In this document: one piece after another, positions 58,830 through 64,000 of the stretch
How positions within the stretch are numbered: position 1 is the stretch's first letter
How the letters are laid out: every line of letters begins with the position of its first letter
DNA from: Thermoproteota archaeon
GTDB lineage: Archaea > Korarchaeota > Korarchaeia > Korarchaeales > Korarchaeaceae
DNA length: 64,000 bases
Direction: 5' to 3'
NCBI GenBank assembly: GCA_027492205.1
Contig: JAOZFN010000007.1
Coordinates: forward strand, 283,278-347,277
Notes under the pieces: generated by a model
Databases searched by the model: none
What the model was told of the DNA's origin: nothing
The model's input: the letters and a program-made list of their open reading frames with translations, nothing else
Translations under genes and position numbers: made by a program

Positions 58830-58910
58830 CGAGTCGACGCTCCAGCGCAGGATATAACCCCCCTGCGCCCACTCGGCCCCGCCTTTTATTCCGATAGACC
58901 ACGCGCCGCG

Positions 58911-59144
58911 ATGCGGATCCCTGGGAGGTTGATATCCTTTCCGCTCCGGCGCGGACCGAGCCTAGATGCCAGCAGGGAGAGGGTCAGGAGGCACCTCCGG
59001 GAGGTCATCGCGGAGGTCAGGGTCGTCAACCCCGCGGCCAGCGAGGCAGCCGAGGCGCTAGCGGCCCTCATGGTTGGGCTGCTGACGGCCAGCGAGGGGG
59101 AGGCTCGGGAGCTGGCCAGGCTGCTGGGGGTGGGTCGTGAGTGA
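58911..59144 (+). CDS. Small hypothetical protein, first gene of the pilin-like operon
   Basis: ATG 58911 with TTTTATT about 25 nt upstream; 4-bp overlap with the next gene. Confidence 0.55.
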   Translation: MRIPGRLISFPLRRGPSLDASRERVRRHLREVIAEVRVVNPAASEAAEALAALMVGLLTASEGEARELARLLGVGRE

Positions 59145-59563
59145 ACGAGACGCTAGCTTACGCCCTGATCGGTCTCGTCTCAGCGGCTGCGATGTTGGGC
59201 CTCGTCTCGGGGCCCATGAGGGAGGCTGCGGAGAGGGTGGACCGGAGGGTGACGGCGGCGAGCGAGTGGACCCTCGGCGGGGCCGTGAGCAACTGCGTGT
59301 CGGCCGTAATAGGAGGGGGGACCTGCAGAACTCGGGCGTTCGTTCCGGTGGAACTCGTGGTCGAGGTCAAGGGGGGTCGGGTCATAGTCTGGGACAACGA
59401 GAGCCTGGCCAAGTTCACGGTCGAGTTCCCGGTTGAGGTGAGGCTCCTGAACGGGCAGACGTACCCCTGGCACCCTGAGAACAAGGTCCGCGTGGTCAGG
59501 GGGTTCGTCTGGGTCGAGGCGGCCTGGGCCGACGGGACCGTGCTGCTGGAGGTGGGGGGGTAG
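59141..59563 (+). CDS. Pilin-like protein (N-terminal hydrophobic helix)
   Basis: 'ETLAYALIGLVSAAAMLGLV' followed by a beta-rich domain; coupled operon near Tad-like genes. Confidence 0.55.
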   Translation: MNETLAYALIGLVSAAAMLGLVSGPMREAAERVDRRVTAASEWTLGGAVSNCVSAVIGGGTCRTRAFVPVELVVEVKGGRVIVWDNESLAKFTVEFPVEVRLLNGQTYPWHPENKVRVVRGFVWVEAAWADGTVLLEVGG

Positions 59564-59832
59564 TGAGGAGGGTGCTCAGGGAGTCGCTCGGCATCGCGCT
59601 GAACGCCACCCTCCTGCTGAGCGCCCTGGCCATGGGCGCCCTCCTGCGCGGCCTGGGAGAGCTGGCCTCAAGCGCCCGGCTCAGGGAGGACCTCTCGAGG
59701 CTGAGGGAGAGGGCCGAGTCACTTCGCGTCGTCACCGTGGTCAGGTACCCGTGGGGGGCCGAGGTCCAGGTTCCGCCAGGAGCGGGCGGCTTCGGGGAGG
59801 GAGGTGGGCGGGTTGTCGGAGGAGGCGGCTGA
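59563..59832 (+). CDS. Small pilin-like membrane protein
   Basis: N-terminal TM helix; coupled to the upstream gene. Confidence 0.5.
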   Translation: MRRVLRESLGIALNATLLLSALAMGALLRGLGELASSARLREDLSRLRERAESLRVVTVVRYPWGAEVQVPPGAGGFGEGGGRVVGGGG

Positions 59833-59941
59833 CGCGATCGGGGACCTGCTCTGGCTCGCCCTGGTGATCGCCGCGCTCGTCGCGGCGACGCTGGCCGCGG
59901 CTCAGAGGCCGAGCCCGCTGCCGCTGGGGGTGATACCGTGA
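59804..59941 (+). CDS. 45-aa single-TM protein (below the ORF-track cutoff)
   Basis: MGGLSEEAADAIGDLLWLALVIAALVAATLAAAQRPSPLPLGVIP; GGAGG upstream; GTGA overlap with the next gene. Confidence 0.55.
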   Translation: MGGLSEEAADAIGDLLWLALVIAALVAATLAAAQRPSPLPLGVIP

Positions 59942-60213
59942 GGGTCCTGTGGCTGTCGGTGGGCGCGCTGACGGTGGTTGTGCTGGCCGGCTATGCCCTC
60001 CTGGGATACCAAGGCCCCGGGTGGGTGATCGCCTGCAGGGACTCACAGGCCGGCGGGCTCGTCGACGCGCTCAAAGAGGAGGGGGTGAGGCTCGTCTGGG
60101 AGGGCGTGGCAGAGGTGGACGGCAGGCTGAACCTCTCCTGCCCGCTGTCGGCGAGGGTGGTGATCCCGCTCCCTGAGGGGCTGAACCACACCGTTGAGGT
60201 GGGGGGAGGGTGA
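59938..60213 (+). CDS. Small pilin-like membrane protein
   Basis: N-terminal TM helix; coupled on both sides. Confidence 0.55.
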   Translation: MRVLWLSVGALTVVVLAGYALLGYQGPGWVIACRDSQAGGLVDALKEEGVRLVWEGVAEVDGRLNLSCPLSARVVIPLPEGLNHTVEVGGG

Positions 60214-61133
60214 GGGACCTCCTCGGGCTCGCCGCAGTGCTGGTGATCGCCCTCTCGGCGCTTGGGGGGCACAGGGCAAGTGAGCTCGATCCGCCCGCGG
60301 TCGACGCCGGACTCTCGCAGTCGGTGGCGTGGATGGAGGCCGAGACCGCCCTTCCTCGGCTCCTGATCTACATCCGCTGTGCGATCGACAGGTGGATGGT
60401 CGAGACAAACGGCGGGAGCCTCGAGAACATCGAACTTCCGCAGATAGATCTGAGGGAGTGGGAGGAGGTGATTGCCCGGGCGGCGCTCGTGGAGGCCGCA
60501 TCGGAGCTCAGGGCCTCAGCCGAGGTGGAGCTCAAGAGGAACCCCGGCCCCGGCGGGGTGGACGAGGATCTCAATTCCCTCTTCCTCGGTGGGGGCGACT
60601 CCGGGATGATAAGGGTCCGAGGCTCGCTCAACGTCTCGACTCTGGTTAGGAGGGGGCTGGCCCAGACGTCGGCGGTCAGGAACTACACATTCACGGTGGT
60701 CCACCCCCTGAGGTACTACTCGGTGGTTGAGGCCCACCGGGAGGCCGCGGAGGGAGTCAGCGAGATAGCTGGCCAGTCGATATTCTTTGTGGGGGTCGTC
60801 AACTCCACCGACGAACTCCTCGACGCCTCTGACGACGCGATACGGCAGGTGCTCGGAGAGATCGGGTCGCTGGAGAGGGAGCTGAGGGACAGGTACTCCA
60901 GGAGGGGATTGAGCGTCTCGTTTGACGTTGCTCTCAACGGATCAGAACTCGACCTGGTGGAGAGGGGCGAGTGGGTCGAGGTGACGCACCGTGCCACCAT
61001 CCTCATACGCGTCTGGGTGGAGGACCCCCAGGTCCGCTACTGGTGGGGCGGAGAGAAGATCGGGTGGGGGTGCTACTCGGAGGGCGAGATCACGGTCGTC
61101 ACCCGCGGGCTCCTGCGGAGGGGACCCACTTGA
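60210..61133 (+). CDS. Secreted or membrane-anchored protein (minor pilin-like)
   Basis: N-terminal hydrophobic helix; 307 aa; coupled on both sides. Confidence 0.6.
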   Translation: MRDLLGLAAVLVIALSALGGHRASELDPPAVDAGLSQSVAWMEAETALPRLLIYIRCAIDRWMVETNGGSLENIELPQIDLREWEEVIARAALVEAASELRASAEVELKRNPGPGGVDEDLNSLFLGGGDSGMIRVRGSLNVSTLVRRGLAQTSAVRNYTFTVVHPLRYYSVVEAHREAAEGVSEIAGQSIFFVGVVNSTDELLDASDDAIRQVLGEIGSLERELRDRYSRRGLSVSFDVALNGSELDLVERGEWVEVTHRATILIRVWVEDPQVRYWWGGEKIGWGCYSEGEITVVTRGLLRRGPT

Positions 61134-61375
61134 ACCCCTTCGAGAGAGAGCTTGAGGGGCTGCTCTGGGGGCTCTTGGAGGCCTTGAGGGAGGGCCTGCT
61201 GAGGGTGTCGGCCCTCGCCCGAGAGGCCGCGCCTCCGATAGGCCTCCTCCTAGTCCTCGCCTGGCTCCTGGAGGACCACCTGGATCTGGCGAGGGAGGTC
61301 CGGCGGGTGATGCTCTACCTGCTGGTGGCGGCGATCGCGCTGGCCTCGATCCCTAGAATCCTGGGCGCCCCCTGA
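61130..61375 (+). CDS. Small two-TM protein
   Basis: TTG 61130 overlapping the previous stop; two hydrophobic helices. Confidence 0.55.
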   Translation: MNPFERELEGLLWGLLEALREGLLRVSALAREAAPPIGLLLVLAWLLEDHLDLAREVRRVMLYLLVAAIALASIPRILGAP

Positions 61376-61434
61376 ACACCCGCGCTAGCGCGATACTTTC
61401 GTCAGGTGGGCGGAGGAAACCCGCAGCGGCCCAC

Positions 61435-62358
61435 TTGCAGCGCATGGTGGTCCAGGGAGACGCGCCCAGGTGCCCGATTGACGGATCTCGCCTCATCGTC
61501 GAGGGCGGCTGTCTGGTGTGTCCGACGTGCGGGAGGACGTGGGGCAGACTCTCGCGGCCCGAGAGCTGGCGGTCGGGAGTTCCAGCGAGGAGTTCCCGGG
61601 TGAGGATTATCCAGGACCTGGCTGAGGCTCTTGAGGTGCCTGATTCGGTCCGCTCGGCCGCCGAGGGGCTCTTGGGAATCTACCTCTCCAGGAGAGGGGG
61701 GAGGGCGTCCGCCGCCCTCGCCGCCGCCTGCCTCCTGGCCGCGGGTAGGAGGCTGGGGTATCCCCTGACGATCTCGGAGGTGCTGGATGCGCTCTCCCTC
61801 ACTCGGGTGAGGAGGGTCAGGCCAGGCGACGTCTTGAAGGGCTTGGAGGCAGTAAAATCGCTCTTAGGCGTCTCTTGCCGGGTCTCTCCGGAGTACTACG
61901 TCGGGGCGATAATCAGGGGGCTGGTCAGGTCCGGTCTGGACATGAGGGGAATGGAGGAGGTGATCAGGATCCGGGCCATCGCCATGCTGCGCCGGATCGA
62001 GGGGTCGGGTGGGTTCCTGAGGGGGAGGAACCCCCGGCACCTCGCGGCGGTCGCGGTCCTGCTGGCCATGGAGGAGGTCGGGTTCCCCACGAGGTTGAGG
62101 GGAGGGGCTCAGATTCCGTTCAAGGATCTGCTGCGGAGACTGGGGCTCGGGAAGAGCAGATGGAAGGAGACCGCCAGCCTGCTAGAGGAGCGCCGGGATC
62201 GCGAGGGCCGTCGTGAAGGCCGCCAGGTCGAGCGTGGAGAGCCTGCCGCCGCGAAGGTACCCGGCGACGCACGCGGCGGCGAGGGCCACCCACGGTATCG
62301 GCCCGCCCAAAGGGCACGTAGACAGGACGAGCTTCAAGTCTCCGCCCCCCAGGCCTAG
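61435..62358 (+). CDS. Transcription factor B (TFIIB)-like paralog
   Basis: Zn ribbon 'CPIDG...LVCPTCG'; cyclin repeats 'ALAAACLLAAGRRLGYPLTISEV' and 'LRGRNPRHLAAVAVLLA'. Confidence 0.75.
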   Translation: MQRMVVQGDAPRCPIDGSRLIVEGGCLVCPTCGRTWGRLSRPESWRSGVPARSSRVRIIQDLAEALEVPDSVRSAAEGLLGIYLSRRGGRASAALAAACLLAAGRRLGYPLTISEVLDALSLTRVRRVRPGDVLKGLEAVKSLLGVSCRVSPEYYVGAIIRGLVRSGLDMRGMEEVIRIRAIAMLRRIEGSGGFLRGRNPRHLAAVAVLLAMEEVGFPTRLRGGAQIPFKDLLRRLGLGKSRWKETASLLEERRDREGRREGRQVERGEPAAAKVPGDARGGEGHPRYRPAQRARRQDELQVSAPQA

Positions 62359-62568
62359 CCTGTGTAGGACCAGCGCGGCCGGGATGGACAGGGCGGACCA
62401 TATGAGGGCCGGCCTCCACCACCCCACAGAGCCGGCCACAGCCAGGTTTAGGATCAAGAAGGTGGCGTTGAGACGGTTCGGAACCCTACCTGAGCGGGAG
62501 TCAACGCAGGCCGCAACCCACACCTCCGAGAGGAGGAGGGCTGCGGGGGCGAGGCTGGACACGTTCAA
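62182..62568 (-). CDS. Prepilin peptidase (A24 family)
   Basis: 'AACVDSRSGRVPNRL' and 'GLGGGDLKL' carry the two catalytic Asp motifs; TTG start overlaps the upstream stop. Confidence 0.82.
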   Translation of the reverse strand: MNVSSLAPAALLLSEVWVAACVDSRSGRVPNRLNATFLILNLAVAGSVGWWRPALIWSALSIPAALVLHRLGLGGGDLKLVLSTCPLGGPIPWVALAAACVAGYLRGGRLSTLDLAAFTTALAIPALL

Positions 62569-63146
62569 ACTCCCATCGCCTCCAGCAGAGCTATAGCCAG
62601 CGCCGCCGAGGCGGCCGGCAGGGTCATCCAGGCGGGGCTGTCCCCAGCCTCGGACAGAAGGAGCGCTGAGAATCCCAGTCCAACAGCCACCATCGGACCC
62701 AGGGCCCCGGTTCCCTGGACGCCAGGGCTCAGGGACATTTGAGCCAGAAGCTCGGTCACCTTGCCCAAGACCGCCGTCGAGGCGGCTACGGACGCAGCTA
62801 GGATCCTGCACACCCGCCTGTGCCACCTCAGCAGCGACTCCCTCTCCTCCATGAGCTGTCCGATGGCGCGGGATGCCGAGGCGGCGTGGCGGAGGATCAT
62901 GGCCGCCCCCTCCGGGCTCAGGCCAGGGACCAGCGCCCTCACCAGGGGGGAGTCTTCGCCAAAGGCCTCGGCGGCAAGGGAGAGGGAGGCCAGGACGTCC
63001 CCCTCGACCTTCGCCCTGGCCGCCGCCCCCCGCAGATCGCTTCGAGAGCGCGCCAGGGTCTCAACGGCGGCCAGGGGAGGCATGCCGGCCTCCAGGAGGG
63101 AGGCCAGCCAGTCCATCAGGCTCGGGCCCTCCACAGCCGGACCCAC
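62565..63146 (-). CDS. TadC/T2SS-F-like membrane platform protein
   Basis: 'LASLLEAGMPPLAAVETLA' plus C-terminal TM helices. Confidence 0.65.
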   Translation of the reverse strand: MGPAVEGPSLMDWLASLLEAGMPPLAAVETLARSRSDLRGAAARAKVEGDVLASLSLAAEAFGEDSPLVRALVPGLSPEGAAMILRHAASASRAIGQLMEERESLLRWHRRVCRILAASVAASTAVLGKVTELLAQMSLSPGVQGTGALGPMVAVGLGFSALLLSEAGDSPAWMTLPAASAALAIALLEAMGV

Positions 63147-63637
63147 CTCCTCACCGACGCCGCCAGAAGAGACAGGGAGATCGCGGCGGCCGCCGGGGCG
63201 ATGAAGCTCGGTGGCGCGGAGCCCGCGACCACCGAGGCCGCCACCACGGTGATGGCGGAGAAGGCGGCCGTCGTCCGGATCCCCAACCTGAGCGACATCT
63301 CCCGAGACTCGGCCTCGATCTCAGACTCAACGTAGCGCCTGAGAACGTCGAGAGAGACCCCCGGGTTTCCTCCCCTGACAAGCGCGGTGACCGCCTCCCT
63401 CAGAGGGGCCCAGTCTACTGTTGAGAGCGACCTCTCGAGCGCCGCTTCGATGGACGTGCCCTCGACGGCCGCCTCAGCCAGGGCGCTCCTGAAGGCCCGC
63501 GCGACCTCCTCAGGCGCCGCCTCGGCGGCAACCCTCAGGGCGGCGGGCACGCCGGCTGGCAGGGCGGCGCAGAGCGCGTAGACGGCCCGCAGCCTGTCGC
63601 GGGACCTTCCTCCTCCAAACAGGCTGGCGACGCTCAA
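63116..63637 (-). CDS. TadB/T2SS-F-like membrane platform protein
   Basis: 'ALPAGVPAALRVAA...GTSIEAALER' plus TM helices; TTG start overlaps the ATPase stop. Confidence 0.65.
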   Translation of the reverse strand: MSVASLFGGGRSRDRLRAVYALCAALPAGVPAALRVAAEAAPEEVARAFRSALAEAAVEGTSIEAALERSLSTVDWAPLREAVTALVRGGNPGVSLDVLRRYVESEIEAESREMSLRLGIRTTAAFSAITVVAASVVAGSAPPSFIAPAAAAISLSLLAASVRRWVRLWRARA

Positions 63638-64000
63638 GCCGGAATCACCCTGCCAACGGCGGCCGCGACCTCGAAGTTCGTCCGCATGCCCCTGAGCGAC
63701 CGGACGAGGTCGAGCCAGGCGCCGCTCGGCTCGGGGTCGACCTCCTCCCAGGCGCCTCCAATCACCGTGCCGACGCGCTCCACCCTCTTGTCTCTCATGA
63801 ACGCGATCAGCGCGCCCTCGAGGGCCTGGGAGAGCCCCCAGGAGGACCACTTCCGCAGCAGCCCCCGCCAGTCCGAGGCGTGCGTGGTGGCCAGCACCCT
63901 GAAGCCAGAGTCGAAGGCGAACTCAAACGCCTTCGCGTGCTCTGAACTCAATATCTCCCCCAAGAAGACGACGTCTGGGTTCCTGTGGAGCAGGGCCATG
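63634..64000 (-). CDS. Type II/IV secretion ATPase (TadA/VirB11-like), C-terminal part
   Basis: 'LLHRNPDVVFLGEI' (Walker B) and 'GFRVLATTHA' (His box); begins outside the window. Confidence 0.85.
   Translation of the reverse strand, partial: MALLHRNPDVVFLGEILSSEHAKAFEFAFDSGFRVLATTHASDWRGLLRKWSSWGLSQALEGALIAFMRDKRVERVGTVIGGAWEEVDPEPSGAWLDLVRSLRGMRTNFEVAAAVGRVIPA

Overview
High-GC archaeal genomic window, probably from a thermophile (AGG/ATA-rich codons, TATA-box promoters, a tRNA with a bulge-helix-bulge intron). About 8.6-46 kb is an accessory/defence island. It holds roughly ten toxin-antitoxin-type modules (VapBC, AbiE, MNT-HEPN, SocA/Panacea-PIN), a type IIG restriction-modification enzyme, a solo adenine methyltransferase, a free-standing LAGLIDADG gene next to intron-containing tRNA-Ala(GGC), and many pseudogenes. 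Its most unusual part is a tightly packed four-gene operon: HTH protein, AAA+ ATPase/PD-(D/E)xK fusion, spore-photoproduct-lyase-like radical SAM enzyme, and TcmP-like SAM-binding protein. The right third is mostly housekeeping (purA, LigD 3'-phosphoesterase, dCMP deaminase, FAD oxidoreductase, CPA2 antiporter) and ends in a type IV pilus/Tad-like locus containing a TFB paralog. Two homologous 69-nt structured elements, each with its own TATA box (48.3 kb and 51.9 kb, minus strand), look like an unannotated ncRNA family. All family assignments come from motif recognition by eye, not database searches.
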